Source of the DNA: Bacteroidales bacterium
Lineage (GTDB): Bacteria; Bacteroidota; Bacteroidia; Bacteroidales; VadinHA17
Reading direction: 5' to 3'
DNA length: 64,000 nucleotides
Assembly: GCA_041686075.1 (NCBI GenBank)
Contig: JAWLEO010000013.1
Coordinates: 12,816 to 76,815 of the forward strand
Position numbers and translations under genes: made by a program
Shown: positions 1 through 10,958 of the stretch, piece by piece
How the letters are laid out: every line of letters begins with the position of its first letter
Position numbering within the stretch: position 1 is the first letter of the stretch
The notes under the pieces: model-generated
Seen by the model: only the letters and a program-made list of their open reading frames with translations
Told to the model about the DNA's origin: nothing
The model's database searches: none

Positions 1-45
1 GATGAACAAATATCAGTCGAACTGGCAAGGACATTGACTGAATAA

Positions 46-507
46 TCAGAACTTAAGTTTCCTGTCTATTTCCCTCTGGGCATCCTTTCGCTTGAGTGTT
101 TCCCTCTGGTCATATTCTTTTTTACCCCTTGCAAGTGCTATCTCAGCTTTGGCTATACCGCGGTCATTTAAAAAGAGCTTTGTCATAATGATGGTAAATC
201 CGCTTTCCTTTGTTTTCCTTTCAAGCTTTTTCAATTCTTTTTTATGCAGCAAGAGCTTCCTTTCCCTCCCGGGCTCATGATTGTTGATATTACCCCACTT
301 ATATTCGGCAATGTTCATCCCCGTAACAAATAATTCACCATTTCTGAACCTGCAATATGAATCAACCAGGCTGGCTTCCCCTGCCCTGATTGATTTTATC
401 TCGGTGCCGGTAAGCTGTATCCCTGCAATATAGGTATCAATAAAGTTGTAATCGCGGGATGCTTTCTTGTTCTTAATGACAATACTATGTTTCTTTTCCT
501 TCTTCAT
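46..507 (-). CDS. smpB: SsrA-binding protein SmpB
   Basis: 153-aa ORF with the typical SmpB pattern (KKASRDY, GTEIKS, basic C-terminal tail). Its start overlaps the upstream ORF stop by 4 nt. Confidence 0.93.
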   Translation of the reverse strand: MKKEKKHSIVIKNKKASRDYNFIDTYIAGIQLTGTEIKSIRAGEASLVDSYCRFRNGELFVTGMNIAEYKWGNINNHEPGRERKLLLHKKELKKLERKTKESGFTIIMTKLFLNDRGIAKAEIALARGKKEYDQRETLKRKDAQREIDRKLKF

Positions 508-1094
508 ACCCTGCCTGCAAATGAAAAATAAATGCCTTCCAGCAATGAACGGCTTATCCAGCTTATGGTAAAATAAAATACCGTTATTGTAAGCAAAGCT
601 ACAATAAAGTATCTTAATAAACTTTGTCCCTTAATATTTTGGACGGTCTTCAAGCCAACATAAAGGATGTAAGCACCGTAAAGTGAAAGTATGTTTATCA
701 GCGCGAGGTCAGGCAAAAACCTGGTTATAAAGACAGTAACAAAGAGGGGCGTAAGGGAATATGTCACCAGTTTAAAATTAAAGGAATAATCCCTGCTTTG
801 TATAAAAGCCGGTGAAAGCTCATTAAGGATCCAGGAAGAAAACAAAACAGTGAGGTAAAAGCTAAAAAATTGCTTTAATGCCAGTATTATGGGAAAAAGT
901 ATTGATAGACCGGTAGGATTATATATTAAAGAACCGGCGAAGGCAGAAAGAGATATTATTATGAGTAGAGGTAAAAGAAAAGATGATTGCACCGTTCCAA
1001 CGGACCTGCTTTCCTCCCTTATCGTTTCCCACGCCTTTACCGGGTGGATAATAATATACCTGGTCCTTTCCCTGAGCATCCGAAGATCTATCAT
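504..1094 (-). CDS. multi-pass membrane protein, Yip1-like
   Basis: 196 aa with a short soluble N-terminus followed by about five hydrophobic helices. The family assignment is from architecture only. Confidence 0.5.
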   Translation of the reverse strand: MIDLRMLRERTRYIIIHPVKAWETIREESRSVGTVQSSFLLPLLIIISLSAFAGSLIYNPTGLSILFPIILALKQFFSFYLTVLFSSWILNELSPAFIQSRDYSFNFKLVTYSLTPLFVTVFITRFLPDLALINILSLYGAYILYVGLKTVQNIKGQSLLRYFIVALLTITVFYFTISWISRSLLEGIYFSFAGRV

Positions 1095-1151
1095 ATAGAT
1101 TGTCTTTTACAAAGCAGCAAAAATAACTAATTTTAAAGAAACAATTCAGGT

Positions 1152-2084
1152 ATGAAAAGCAGCAATTATGATATAGTAATAGTAACCGGACCTACTGCTT
1201 CAGGTAAAACCAGCTTTGCTGCTTTTCTGGCTTTATCAACCGGCGGTGAAATAATAAGTGCGGATTCCAGGCAGGTATACCGCCAAATGAATATTGGCAC
1301 AGGCAAGGATTATGATGATTATATTGTGGAGGGAAAGAAGATACCTTACCATCTTATCGATATTGTTGAGCCGGGTTGCAAATATAGCGTATATGACTAC
1401 CAGAGGGATTTCCTGAGAGTATACAGGAAACTAAGGGAAAGGGATGTTTTGCCGGTAATATGCGGCGGTTCAGGCATGTATATAGATAGCATAGTGAGCA
1501 GGTATAAGCTCATTGAAGTGCCTGTAAATAAAGAACTGAGAAAAAGACTCGCGGATAAATCACTTGCTGAACTGGCCACAATACTTTCGACTTATAAAAA
1601 CCTCCATAACATAAGCGATATAGACGACCGGGAAAGAGCCGTAAGGGCTATTGAGATTGAGGAATATTATCAGAAGAATGACCCCGGTGATGATTATTTC
1701 CCACAGATCAGACCGCTCATACTGGGCATCAGGTTTGAGAGGGATGAAATACGGAAAAGGATAAGCAAGAGGCTGGAGTCCCGATTGCAATCAGGCATGG
1801 TGGAAGAAGTAAAGTCTCTGATTGATAGGGGCGTTTCGGCAGATACTCTTGATTATTACGGCTTGGAATACAGGTATATTAGCCATTATCTCCTGGGGAG
1901 GATCACTTACGATGAAATGAAAAAAAGCCTTGAAACTGCCATACACCAGTTTGCAAAAAGGCAGATGACCTGGTTCAGGGGCATGGAACGGCGGGGCATT
2001 ACCATACACTGGCTCGACGAAGAACTTAACACCCAGCAGAAATTGGATTCAGCGTTAAAACTAATTAATCAGGGCTATGAATGA
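1152..2084 (+). CDS. miaA: tRNA dimethylallyltransferase
   Basis: N-terminal P-loop GPTASGKT, DSRQVYRQMNIGTGK motif, 310 aa. Ends in TGA. Confidence 0.93.
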   Translation: MKSSNYDIVIVTGPTASGKTSFAAFLALSTGGEIISADSRQVYRQMNIGTGKDYDDYIVEGKKIPYHLIDIVEPGCKYSVYDYQRDFLRVYRKLRERDVLPVICGGSGMYIDSIVSRYKLIEVPVNKELRKRLADKSLAELATILSTYKNLHNISDIDDRERAVRAIEIEEYYQKNDPGDDYFPQIRPLILGIRFERDEIRKRISKRLESRLQSGMVEEVKSLIDRGVSADTLDYYGLEYRYISHYLLGRITYDEMKKSLETAIHQFAKRQMTWFRGMERRGITIHWLDEELNTQQKLDSALKLINQGYE

Positions 2085-2124
2085 TGAATATCGGAGTAAC
2101 TAAAATCCTTCATCATTAGCTAAT

Positions 2125-2201
2125 CGACATTCGATATTGCTTCATCCCGATGGCTCGGGATTCAGCGAGCTCACAGCACTCATCTTGAATGCTCGGGATT
2201 C
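2125..2201. repeat. intergenic mosaic repeat block R1
   Basis: cgacattcgatattgc (2125-2140) is the reverse complement of collapsed CGAATNN heptamers seen at 31384-31418. gctcgggattc occurs twice (2153-2163 and 2191-2201). The block lies between convergent miaA and the S9 peptidase gene. Confidence 0.7.
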
Positions 2202-2265
2202 GCGCTGTTCGGTTTATCATTCGAACATTACAAAAGATAAAAACCATTAAAGAATTATCCTCAGA

Positions 2266-4332
2266 TTACTCTTTCAGGTAGGTATCTAACCACTTAAAAA
2301 ACTCTCTCTGCCATATAACTGCATTTTGTGGGCTTGTAACAAAGTGAGTTTCATTATGAAAGAATAGCAATTTACTGGGTACATCGTTCATCTGTGCAGC
2401 CGTGAAAGCTTCAAGGCTCTGTGTATAAGGTATCCTGTAATCGTGTTCACCAACAATAATTAATATTGGAGCCGTCCATTTATCCACATTCAGATGTGGT
2501 GAGTATTGGTAACCCACCGGTTTGGGATCTTCCCAGTATGGTCCGCCGATATCCTTATTCGGGAACCAGAGTTCTTCGGTTGAGCCATACCAGCTTTCAA
2601 TATTGAACATACCGCAGTGTGCTATCAGTGCTTTGAACCTGCCGTCATGAATACCCGCCAGGTAAAAGACTGAATATCCTCCATAGCTTGCACCCACAGC
2701 TCCGAGCCTTTCTTCATCAACAAAAGGTTCAGCAGCCATATGATCAATGGCATCAAGGTAATCCTGCATATTTTTCCCTCCGTAGTCACCTGATATCTGC
2801 TCTCTCCATTCGGAACCGAAACCAGAGTTACCACGCCTGTTGGGGGCAACCACTATATAACCATTTGCGGCCATCATCTGGTAATTCCAGCGATACGACC
2901 ATCCCTGACCCAGCATCCCCTGAGGACCTCCCTTACAATAAAGCAGGGCCGGGTATTCTTTTGATGGATCAAAACCAGGAGGGTAAATAATCCACATCTG
3001 TAAATCCTTCCCATCGCCGGTCTTGATATATCTCTCTTCTGTTTCCCCCATTTTGATATAATCGAAAATATGGTTGTTAACGGAACTTATTATATTCATG
3101 TCACCAGAAGTTGCGGCCACCGTGGCTACCTCGGTGGGCATTGACATAGACTGAATACCCGTGATGACGGTATCTTCCTTAACAACAACAGGGCTGAAAT
3201 TATATTTTCCCTTACTTATTTGTTTTATAGCCCCCGAGGCCAGATCTATATTGAATATCTGGACAGTACCCAGGTAGGGACTGGAGAAATAGATTTTATC
3301 CGCACCGGGTGCCCATATAATATTTTCTATGTTATAGTCCCATCCTTCCGAAGGCCATGATATTGACCGTTCATCAAAATCGTAGATGAATAATCTTTCC
3401 AGGTCCGATTCATAGCCTTCTTCTTCCTGGCTTTGCCATGCTATTTTTGACCCGTCAGGGGAAAATACCGGGTAACGGTCAAAACCTTTGTTTAATTCGC
3501 TGAGGTTTATTGTGCTTTCATCTTCGATCGTGTATAGATATATATCTGTGTTTGTACTTACTGCTGCTTCTTTACCCCTGAGTTTTTTACAGGTATATGC
3601 AATTTTTTTACCATCCGGGCTCCAGCTTATTTCTGACCCGTCAAACCAGGGGGCTGTAGGCGATTCATATTTTTGTCCTTCCATTATATCTTTTGCATCC
3701 TTTACTGCCTCACCATCGAAGGATGCAACAAAGATATGGCTGTAAGAATAATCGTGCCAGTAATTCCAGTGTCTGTACATGAGATCATCTATTATTCTCA
3801 TGTTGGCCAGGGGCATGTCATGTATTTCCCCGGGTGTCGTATCGAGTTTAACTCTCCTGGTGAAATATATCATATCGTCCTGTGGTGATATGGCGTAAAG
3901 CTCAAAATCGCTCAGATTTTCAATTTTCTTTTTTTTACTTCCGTCAGGGTTTATTGTCCAAAGGCTTCCCTGGTTTGTAAAGGCAATTTTTTCCCCCGCC
4001 ATGATCCACGAAGGTGAGCTGCCTCCTTCCTTCGTTAGTTGCACAGGATCCCCTCCCTCGATGGGCAGTGCAAAAATATTTGTTCTTCTTGCTTCATTTT
4101 CAAGCTTATATTCTGTAAGGGTAAAAAGTATGGTCTCACCATCGGGAGAGGGGCATATGTTGCCCATTCTTCTGAACTTCCATAGAATTTCAGGGGTCAT
4201 TCTTCCCCCTTCTTTTTCCTGTTCTGTCAGTTGCAGGTTAAAATCTGCCTGCTCTGTCGTTTCGATATCCTGACAGGAATAACTGATCAGCATCAACAGG
4301 AAAGATGCTGTCAATAAGTAAAAGCGTTTCAT
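2266..4332 (-). CDS. S9 family serine peptidase with N-terminal beta-propeller
   Basis: 688 aa with a signal peptide, several SPDG (PD40-like) repeats, the nucleophile motif GASYGGY, and a C-terminal His region HNETHF. Confidence 0.88.
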   Translation of the reverse strand: MKRFYLLTASFLLMLISYSCQDIETTEQADFNLQLTEQEKEGGRMTPEILWKFRRMGNICPSPDGETILFTLTEYKLENEARRTNIFALPIEGGDPVQLTKEGGSSPSWIMAGEKIAFTNQGSLWTINPDGSKKKKIENLSDFELYAISPQDDMIYFTRRVKLDTTPGEIHDMPLANMRIIDDLMYRHWNYWHDYSYSHIFVASFDGEAVKDAKDIMEGQKYESPTAPWFDGSEISWSPDGKKIAYTCKKLRGKEAAVSTNTDIYLYTIEDESTINLSELNKGFDRYPVFSPDGSKIAWQSQEEEGYESDLERLFIYDFDERSISWPSEGWDYNIENIIWAPGADKIYFSSPYLGTVQIFNIDLASGAIKQISKGKYNFSPVVVKEDTVITGIQSMSMPTEVATVAATSGDMNIISSVNNHIFDYIKMGETEERYIKTGDGKDLQMWIIYPPGFDPSKEYPALLYCKGGPQGMLGQGWSYRWNYQMMAANGYIVVAPNRRGNSGFGSEWREQISGDYGGKNMQDYLDAIDHMAAEPFVDEERLGAVGASYGGYSVFYLAGIHDGRFKALIAHCGMFNIESWYGSTEELWFPNKDIGGPYWEDPKPVGYQYSPHLNVDKWTAPILIIVGEHDYRIPYTQSLEAFTAAQMNDVPSKLLFFHNETHFVTSPQNAVIWQREFFKWLDTYLKE

Positions 4333-4335
4333 ATT

Positions 4336-5349
4336 TTAAGTTTTGGATTTAAGGGCTTCTTTTATCTTTTGGCTCAGTTCTTCGAACAATTCAGGGTTAT
4401 CAGCCAATATTTGTTTTACTGCTTCCCTTCCCTGTCCTAGCTTGGTGTCACCATAGCTAAACCACGATCCACTTTTAGACAGAATATTATGTTCTATGCC
4501 CATATCGATTATTTCACCGGTGCGACTAATACCTTCTCCATACATAATGTCGAATTCGGCTTTACGGAATGGAGGAGCTACTTTGTTCTTAACCACTTTG
4601 ACTCTGGTACGGCTTCCTATTACATCTTCGCCTTCCTTTATCTGGCTTATTTTGCGGATGTCCAGTCTTACCGAAGCATAAAACTTAAGGGCATTGCCTC
4701 CTGTTGTTGTTTCAGGGTTCCCGAACATAACTCCTATCTTCTCCCTCAGCTGGTTAATGAATATACAACATGTATGAGTTTTACTGATATTGGCAGTAAG
4801 CTTACGCAATGCCTGTGACATAAGGCGTGCCTGCAGTCCCATTCTGGAGTCACCCATTTCCCCTTCAATTTCTGCCTTTGGTGTAAGGGCAGCAACAGAA
4901 TCAATGACAACAATATCAAGGGCGCCTGAGCGTATCAGATGGTCTGCTATTTCAAGGGCCTGTTCTCCATTATCGGGTTGAGATATCAAGAGGTTGTCTA
5001 TGTCGACACCCAGCTTTTCTGCATAAAAACGGTCAAAGGCATGCTCTGCATCCAAAATGGCCGCCACGCCTCCTGCTTTCTGTGCTTCAGCAATAGCCTG
5101 GATGGCCAGTGTTGTTTTCCCTGAAGCTTCAGGTCCGTATATTTCAGTAACCCGGCCTCTTGGAATACCCCCTATACCAAGAGCCATGTCAAGGCCTATG
5201 GAGCCGGTGCTAATTGACCGTACATCCTGTACGGCCTGGTCGCCCAGTTTCATTATTGTGCCCTTGCCGTAATCCTTTTCAATTTTGCCCATCGTGATTT
5301 CAAGGGCTTTAAGCTTGTCCTTGTTTATTTCTTTCTTTTCGTTACTCAT
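4336..5349 (-). CDS. recA: recombinase RecA
   Basis: Walker [10 protein letters not shown] and a highly conserved RecA core ([37 protein letters not shown]). Confidence 0.98.
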   Translation of the reverse strand: MSNEKKEINKDKLKALEITMGKIEKDYGKGTIMKLGDQAVQDVRSISTGSIGLDMALGIGGIPRGRVTEIYGPEASGKTTLAIQAIAEAQKAGGVAAILDAEHAFDRFYAEKLGVDIDNLLISQPDNGEQALEIADHLIRSGALDIVVIDSVAALTPKAEIEGEMGDSRMGLQARLMSQALRKLTANISKTHTCCIFINQLREKIGVMFGNPETTTGGNALKFYASVRLDIRKISQIKEGEDVIGSRTRVKVVKNKVAPPFRKAEFDIMYGEGISRTGEIIDMGIEHNILSKSGSWFSYGDTKLGQGREAVKQILADNPELFEELSQKIKEALKSKT

Positions 5350-5599
5350 ACTATAGACTTAGGTTGTTTGGTATTATTATTCGTAAAGTTTGTATATCTG
5401 TTCCGCATGCCCGCGGGGATCTACCTTTCTCATCATCCGATATAAGGGGAAAAGGTAAATCATGCTTCTCAGCACAAAGGAACATTCTGGCCTCCCTTAA
5501 GTTCAGCCATAATTCTTATTATTTTTAAATTAAGCGTAAATTTACGAAGTTTGAATCGTATATTGAAAGAAAAATATGTAATTGTTATTAACAACAATT

Positions 5600-7249
5600 A
5601 TGAAGCCGATAAAGTTGAAAATGAGGACTTGGAAATTACTGCAGCTTGTAGTTGTAGTGATCATTTATTGCCAACCTGCATTTACGCAGGATCCTGATTT
5701 TACCCCTGACAGGGATATGGCGGAGAGGGCTTTCAACAGTGAAGATTATATTACGGCACTCAAGCACTACAAAGCCCTCTCGGAAAGGTTCAGCGCCGAT
5801 CCGGTATACAAGTATTATACCGGAGCTTCCATGGTTGAATTAAAGCAAAATCCTGACATGGCTAAAACACTGCTCAGGGAGGCGATTATAAATTCATCTT
5901 CGATCCGTCAGGTGCCATCAAAAGCATGGTATTTCCTGGGAAGGGCATATCAACTGGCAGGTGATTTCGATCTTGCCATTGATGCCTATGATACATATAA
6001 AGAGAATGCCCGCAGGAAGGAAATAAGAGCATTGGGCATAGATAAACTCATTTCAGAATGTGACAGGGGTCTTGGCGATATCCTGGATGAAGAAGTGGGT
6101 ATAGTTGAAGAGGCGCGAGATCAGGAGGAAGAAGATGTTCTTAGTGATAAGGACACTCTGGAAGCTGCTGTTGAAAAGCAAGTGGGTGATGAATATGAAA
6201 TCCTCGCCAGGGAAGCACTCGAATACCAGTTCAGGGCTGATTCACTCTTAAGGCTGGCCGACAGGTACAGGTCTACACTGAATGAATTTTCAGAATCTGA
6301 CAGGCAATCAGTAAGGTCAAAAATCTTATCTCTCGAGCAATCAGCCTTTGAGTATCAGCGAATAGCCGATCAAAAATACAGGGAAGCAGCAGGTTTAGCC
6401 TCTGACAAATATGATGAAAATATGCTGCCTGCCTTAAGGGGTGTTGAAGAAGATATACCTGAAATAGCCGAAGAGAAAGCACCTGATACAAGCATGGTTG
6501 AGCCAGATACTATTAAGCCTGACACAATTACCGAAACAGTAAGGCGGCCTGCGCCGGTTTTGGAAGTGTTCAGTGAAGAATACGGACAACAGGAAACGAT
6601 ATCTGTTAACCCGGAATTGCCCGAAGGTTTGATTTACAGGATTCAGCTGGCGGCATTCAGGAATCCGAAGGAAGCGTCATTTTTTAAAGGCCTGGGACCC
6701 ATAAGCATATACAGGGCTGAGAATACAAATATTAATTTTTACTATGCCGGTATGTTCAGGTCAAAGGAGGATGCAGAACGGGCTCTCGTCAAAGTTAAGA
6801 AGAAAGGCTTTAACGATGCTTTTATTCTTGCATTGATGGATGGTAGCAGGATAAGTATGGAACAAGCAGAACAGCTTGAGAAGAAATGGTCAGATATCAG
6901 TCTTTTCAAGCAGGATACGGTAATTACACGCAGAGAAGCAGAACCAGAAGAACCACCAACTCTTGTATACCGGGTACAGGTGCTGAAAGTCAAAAAGAAA
7001 GTAGAGGACGATAAATTTGAATTACTTGAGAAACTTGCCGATAAAAAAAATTATGATATTTTAGAAACTGCCGACAAGGAGTATGTGTATTTAATTGGAA
7101 AATTTCTTACTTTTGAAAGTGCTGCCGCATATGCAGATCTTCTTTACAGGAATGGCCTGAAAGAATCAAAAGTGGTGGCTTACCTGGGGAATAAAGAAAT
7201 ACCCCTGGAGACGGCAAAGAAATTATTTGAATTGTATTTTGATAAATAA
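5600..7249 (+). CDS. secreted TPR plus double SPOR-domain protein
   Basis: The ORF opens at TTG 5582. ATG 5600 gives a signal-peptide-like start (MKPIKLKMRTWKLLQLVVVVIIY). It has a TPR-like N-terminus, an acidic linker, and two SPOR-like modules (YRIQLAAFRNPKEA, YRVQVLKVKKK). Confidence 0.7.
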   Translation: MKPIKLKMRTWKLLQLVVVVIIYCQPAFTQDPDFTPDRDMAERAFNSEDYITALKHYKALSERFSADPVYKYYTGASMVELKQNPDMAKTLLREAIINSSSIRQVPSKAWYFLGRAYQLAGDFDLAIDAYDTYKENARRKEIRALGIDKLISECDRGLGDILDEEVGIVEEARDQEEEDVLSDKDTLEAAVEKQVGDEYEILAREALEYQFRADSLLRLADRYRSTLNEFSESDRQSVRSKILSLEQSAFEYQRIADQKYREAAGLASDKYDENMLPALRGVEEDIPEIAEEKAPDTSMVEPDTIKPDTITETVRRPAPVLEVFSEEYGQQETISVNPELPEGLIYRIQLAAFRNPKEASFFKGLGPISIYRAENTNINFYYAGMFRSKEDAERALVKVKKKGFNDAFILALMDGSRISMEQAEQLEKKWSDISLFKQDTVITRREAEPEEPPTLVYRVQVLKVKKKVEDDKFELLEKLADKKNYDILETADKEYVYLIGKFLTFESAAAYADLLYRNGLKESKVVAYLGNKEIPLETAKKLFELYFDK

Positions 7250-7288
7250 AAACAGACCGGCTTTATAAAGCAGTGTAAAAAAACCAAG

Positions 7289-7555
7289 ATGAAAGAAAAG
7301 CCATTTGCACATAAAAAAAGAGCCGAAGATAATTACGAATCAACACTCATTTTATTTAATGACGATTACAACACTTTTGACCATGTAATTGAGTCATTGG
7401 TAGAAATATGTGGGCATGATCCCGTTCAGGCTGAACAATGTGCATTAATAGCTCATCATAAAGGGAGTTGTGAAGTAAAGTTCGGAAGAAAAAGGGTTCT
7501 TTTATCAATGCAGACAGGATTGCTTGACCGTAATCTAAGCTGTGAAGTAAAATAA
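7289..7555 (+). CDS. clpS: ATP-dependent Clp protease adaptor ClpS
   Basis: 88 aa with LILFNDDYNTFDHVIESLVEICGHDPVQAEQCALIAHHKG, typical of ClpS. Confidence 0.9.
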   Translation: MKEKPFAHKKRAEDNYESTLILFNDDYNTFDHVIESLVEICGHDPVQAEQCALIAHHKGSCEVKFGRKRVLLSMQTGLLDRNLSCEVK

Positions 7556-7561
7556 TAGCCA

Positions 7562-8044
7562 ATGGAATCGCTCGGTGTAATTATATTCTTGATAATACTC
7601 GGAATTTTGCTTTTCGTTGTTGAGTTCCTTGTTGTCCCAGGTATAACCATTGCAGGTATTGGCGGTGCAATCAGTATTGTTGCAGGTGTAGTGATGGCTT
7701 TCTATTATGAAGGACCCGCAACAGGTCTTATAGTGCTTATCTCAACTGCGGTGTTGATAGGACTAACAGCAGTGTTTATGCTTAAAGCGGGCACATGGAA
7801 AAAATTGATGCTTAATAAAGCAATAGAAGGTAAGGTGGATTTTGTTAGAATGGAGGAAGGGAGAATAAAAATCGGGGATAAAGGCAAATCCATCACGCGA
7901 CTTAACCCAATGGGTAAAGTAATGATCGGAGATGAATATTATGAGGCAAAAACCATGGATAAACTTATTGATCAGAATACAGAGGTTGAAATAGTCAAAA
8001 TAGAATCTAATAAAATAATTGTAAAACCAATAAACACACAATAG
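7562..8044 (+). CDS. NfeD family membrane protein
   Basis: 160 aa with N-terminal TM helices plus a C-terminal OB-like beta domain. It sits immediately upstream of a flotillin-like gene, which is the classical NfeD/flotillin pairing. Confidence 0.8.
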   Translation: MESLGVIIFLIILGILLFVVEFLVVPGITIAGIGGAISIVAGVVMAFYYEGPATGLIVLISTAVLIGLTAVFMLKAGTWKKLMLNKAIEGKVDFVRMEEGRIKIGDKGKSITRLNPMGKVMIGDEYYEAKTMDKLIDQNTEVEIVKIESNKIIVKPINTQ

Positions 8045-8045
8045 T

Positions 8046-9020
8046 ATGAACCCAATAGCAATGTATGTTGTAATTATCGTTGGAGTTATTATCCTTCTCT
8101 GGCTCTTGCTTTATCTTATACCAATAGGATTATGGTTCCAGGCACTGGTGTCAGGTGTCAGGATATCACTGCTTCAACTTATTTTTATGCGCTGGCGTAA
8201 AGTGCCGCCATCTGTAATAGTGGTGGCAATGATTGAAGGTGATAAAGCCGGCTTAAAACTGAACAGGGATGACCTGGAGGCTCACTTCCTGGCAGGGGGA
8301 AGGGTGGCCCAGGTTGTGCATGCCCTTGTGTCGGCAGCAAAAGCAAATATAGACCTGCCTTTCAATATGGCGACGGCAATTGACCTTGCCGGCAGGGACG
8401 TTTTCGAAGCTGTGCAGATGTCAGTAAACCCAAAAGTGATAGATACACCACCCGTGACAGCCGTGGCTAAAGATGGAATACAGCTGATTGCCAAAGCCAG
8501 GGTGACAGTCAGGGCCAATATCAGACAACTGGTTGGTGGGGCAGGAGAAGAAACAGTACTGGCACGAGTGGGTGAAGGTATTGTATCTTCAATAGGATCA
8601 GCCGATACTCATAAAAAAGTACTTGAAAATCCGGACTTTATCTCAAAAGTAGTGCTGGAAAAAGGTCTTGATGCAGGTACCGCTTTTGAAATACTGTCCA
8701 TTGATATAGCAGATATTGATATCGGTAAAAATATTGGTGCTGTACTGCAAATGGACCAGGCAAATGCTGATAAAAACATTGCCCAGGCTAAAGCCGAAGA
8801 AAGAAGGGCAATGGCCGTGGCTCAGGAGCAGGAGATGAAAGCAAAAGCACAGGAAGCACGGGCCAAGGTTATTGAAGCTGAAGTGAAAGTGCCACTTGCC
8901 ATAGCAGAAGCATTCGAAAAAGGAAATCTTGGTGTTATGGATTATTACAGGTATAAAAATATTGAAGCTGATACCAATATGAGGGATTCACTCTCAAAAC
9001 CTGATGATAAGAATAAGTAA
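8046..9020 (+). CDS. floA: flotillin-like protein FloA
   Basis: 324 aa with an N-terminal TM helix, an SPFH-like core, and an Ala/Glu-rich coiled-coil tail ([34 protein letters not shown]). Confidence 0.88.
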   Translation: MNPIAMYVVIIVGVIILLWLLLYLIPIGLWFQALVSGVRISLLQLIFMRWRKVPPSVIVVAMIEGDKAGLKLNRDDLEAHFLAGGRVAQVVHALVSAAKANIDLPFNMATAIDLAGRDVFEAVQMSVNPKVIDTPPVTAVAKDGIQLIAKARVTVRANIRQLVGGAGEETVLARVGEGIVSSIGSADTHKKVLENPDFISKVVLEKGLDAGTAFEILSIDIADIDIGKNIGAVLQMDQANADKNIAQAKAEERRAMAVAQEQEMKAKAQEARAKVIEAEVKVPLAIAEAFEKGNLGVMDYYRYKNIEADTNMRDSLSKPDDKNK

Positions 9021-9059
9021 CACGAATTATCACTAATTTTGATGAATTGACGTGAATAG

Positions 9060-9090
9060 TCCCCTTCGGGAAACCGGGGGGATTTTTTTT
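9060..9090 (+). terminator. putative intrinsic terminator after floA
   Basis: GC-rich hairpin tccccttcgggaaaccgggggga followed by T8. Confidence 0.55.
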
Positions 9091-9157
9091 AATTTCTGAT
9101 AATATATGTGCCCTAAAAAATATATTTAAGTGTATAATATACATTAAATATTTTTTT

Positions 9158-9165
9158 TATATTTG
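9158..9165 (+). promoter_or_regulatory. candidate Bacteroidota -7 promoter box for the arabinose cluster
   Basis: tatatttg matches the TAnnTTTG consensus. It lies about 120 nt upstream of the symporter start. Confidence 0.3.
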
Positions 9166-9288
9166 TCATGTAATCATTGAAATTGAGTAAAAGTCTGTTA
9201 CCATCACCTGATAAGACCGGGGTTTGCAGGAAGGGTATATGCAGGGTACAGCTTTTTCCTGACTTATAATAACTAACTCTGAAACGAA

Positions 9289-10941
9289 ATGACATTAATT
9301 GACTGGATTGTACTCGGACTGTTCTGTCTTGGTTTAATCGGGGTAATTATCTGGGTGGTGAGAAAGGGGGAAGAGACCTCTTCCGATTATTTTCTTGCAG
9401 GACGTGATGCAACATGGATAGCAATAGGTGCTTCCATATTTGCTTCTAATATAGGTTCTGAACATCTTGTCGGGCTTGCCGGCACAGGTGCATCAAGTGG
9501 GATGGCAATGGCCCACTGGGAGATACATGCATGGGTAATACTTATCCTGGGCTGGCTTTTTGTTCCCTTCTATGCAAGGAGCGGTGTATTCACCATGCCT
9601 GAATTCCTGGAAAAAAGATACAACTCGCAGTCCAGGTCCATCCTTTCTATTATTTCTCTTGTAAGCTATGTATTGACAAAGGTTGCGGTCACAGTATATG
9701 CCGGGGGAGTTGTATTTAAAGAAGTCTTCGGCATAGAGTCCATGTTCGGGGTTGATTTTTTCTGGATAAGTGCCGTCGGCCTCGTCATACTGACAGGTAT
9801 ATACACAGTGCTCGGGGGAATGAGAGCGGTACTGGCAACCTCTGTTGTTCAAACCCCGATATTATTAATTGGTTCGATAGTGATCCTTATTATGGGGCTG
9901 GTTAAACTTGGTGGCTGGAATGAGATGATGGAGATATGCCGTGCTGTACCGGTAAACGAGTATGGGGACGATATGACATCCCTGGTGAGATCAGCAAAAG
10001 ATACTGAATTTCCATGGACAGGAGTATTGTTCGGTTCGGCAATAATCGGTTTCTGGTACTGGTGTACTGATCAATACATTGTTCAGAGAGTGCTTTCGGG
10101 GCGCGACCAGAGGCAATCACGGCGTGGTGCCATTTTCGGCTCTTACCTGAAACTGACGCCTGTCTTTATATTTTTAATTCCCGGAATGATAGCTTTTGCA
10201 TTGAATCAGAAAGGCTTAATGGAGCTGACTAATTCTGATGCCGCTTTCCCTGCCCTGATAACGGAATTGTTGCCCATAGGATTTAAGGGAATAGTGGTAG
10301 GTGGTATACTGGCGGCATTAATGAGCTCTTTATCATCCTTATTTAACTCGTCGGCCACACTGTTCACGGTGGATTTCTATAAGAAATACAAGCCTGATGC
10401 CACTGAGAGACGCCTGGTGGTGGTAGGTAGGATTGCAACTGCTGTCGTAGTAATTCTGGGCGTTCTCTGGATACCTGTAATGAGGGGACTGGGGAATGTC
10501 TTATATGAATATCTGCAGGAAGTGCAGTCAATGCTTGCCCCGGGTATAGCTGCTGTTTTCTTGCTTGGCATACTCTCAAAGAAAACTACCCCGGCGGCCG
10601 GTCTTACCGGACTTATCACCGGCTTTACTCTGGGGATGCTTAAATTGGGATTCAAAGTATTCGAAGAAAGTATAGTGCCTGATTCTATCTGGTATAGGAT
10701 ATTTGTCGATACAAATGTATATCATTACGAGGTTGCACTTTTCTTCCTTGTAATAATAGTAATGATGGTTGTAAGCTCATTCACTGAAAAGAAAGATGCT
10801 GAATCGATAAGGGGACTCTACCTTCGTTCTGCAAGTCCTGAACAAAAAGCGATTACCAGGGCAAGCTGGACCAACTGGGACCTTGTCAATTCAGCCATCG
10901 TTATTGCTGTAGTTGTATTATTTTATGCGTATTTCTGGTAG
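9289..10941 (+). CDS. sodium:solute symporter (SSF family)
   Basis: 550 aa with roughly 13-14 hydrophobic helices and the SSF-type N-terminal motif (DYFLAGR, GASIFASNIGSEHLVGLAG). It is the first gene of the ara cluster. Confidence 0.9.
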   Translation: MTLIDWIVLGLFCLGLIGVIIWVVRKGEETSSDYFLAGRDATWIAIGASIFASNIGSEHLVGLAGTGASSGMAMAHWEIHAWVILILGWLFVPFYARSGVFTMPEFLEKRYNSQSRSILSIISLVSYVLTKVAVTVYAGGVVFKEVFGIESMFGVDFFWISAVGLVILTGIYTVLGGMRAVLATSVVQTPILLIGSIVILIMGLVKLGGWNEMMEICRAVPVNEYGDDMTSLVRSAKDTEFPWTGVLFGSAIIGFWYWCTDQYIVQRVLSGRDQRQSRRGAIFGSYLKLTPVFIFLIPGMIAFALNQKGLMELTNSDAAFPALITELLPIGFKGIVVGGILAALMSSLSSLFNSSATLFTVDFYKKYKPDATERRLVVVGRIATAVVVILGVLWIPVMRGLGNVLYEYLQEVQSMLAPGIAAVFLLGILSKKTTPAAGLTGLITGFTLGMLKLGFKVFEESIVPDSIWYRIFVDTNVYHYEVALFFLVIIVMMVVSSFTEKKDAESIRGLYLRSASPEQKAITRASWTNWDLVNSAIVIAVVVLFYAYFW

Positions 10942-10958
10942 ACAAAAATTTATGGGTA

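Noticed and set aside
1-45. Partial ORFs at the window edges: a 3-prime end DEQISVELARTLTE* at 1-45, and ATGGCAAAGAAAAGC at 63986-64000
   Set aside because: They are too short to identify or to confirm as coding.
7562-9020. NfeD/FloA pair as something unusual
   Set aside because: This is a well-known conserved operon of flotillin-like proteins. Nothing is atypical in sequence or arrangement.
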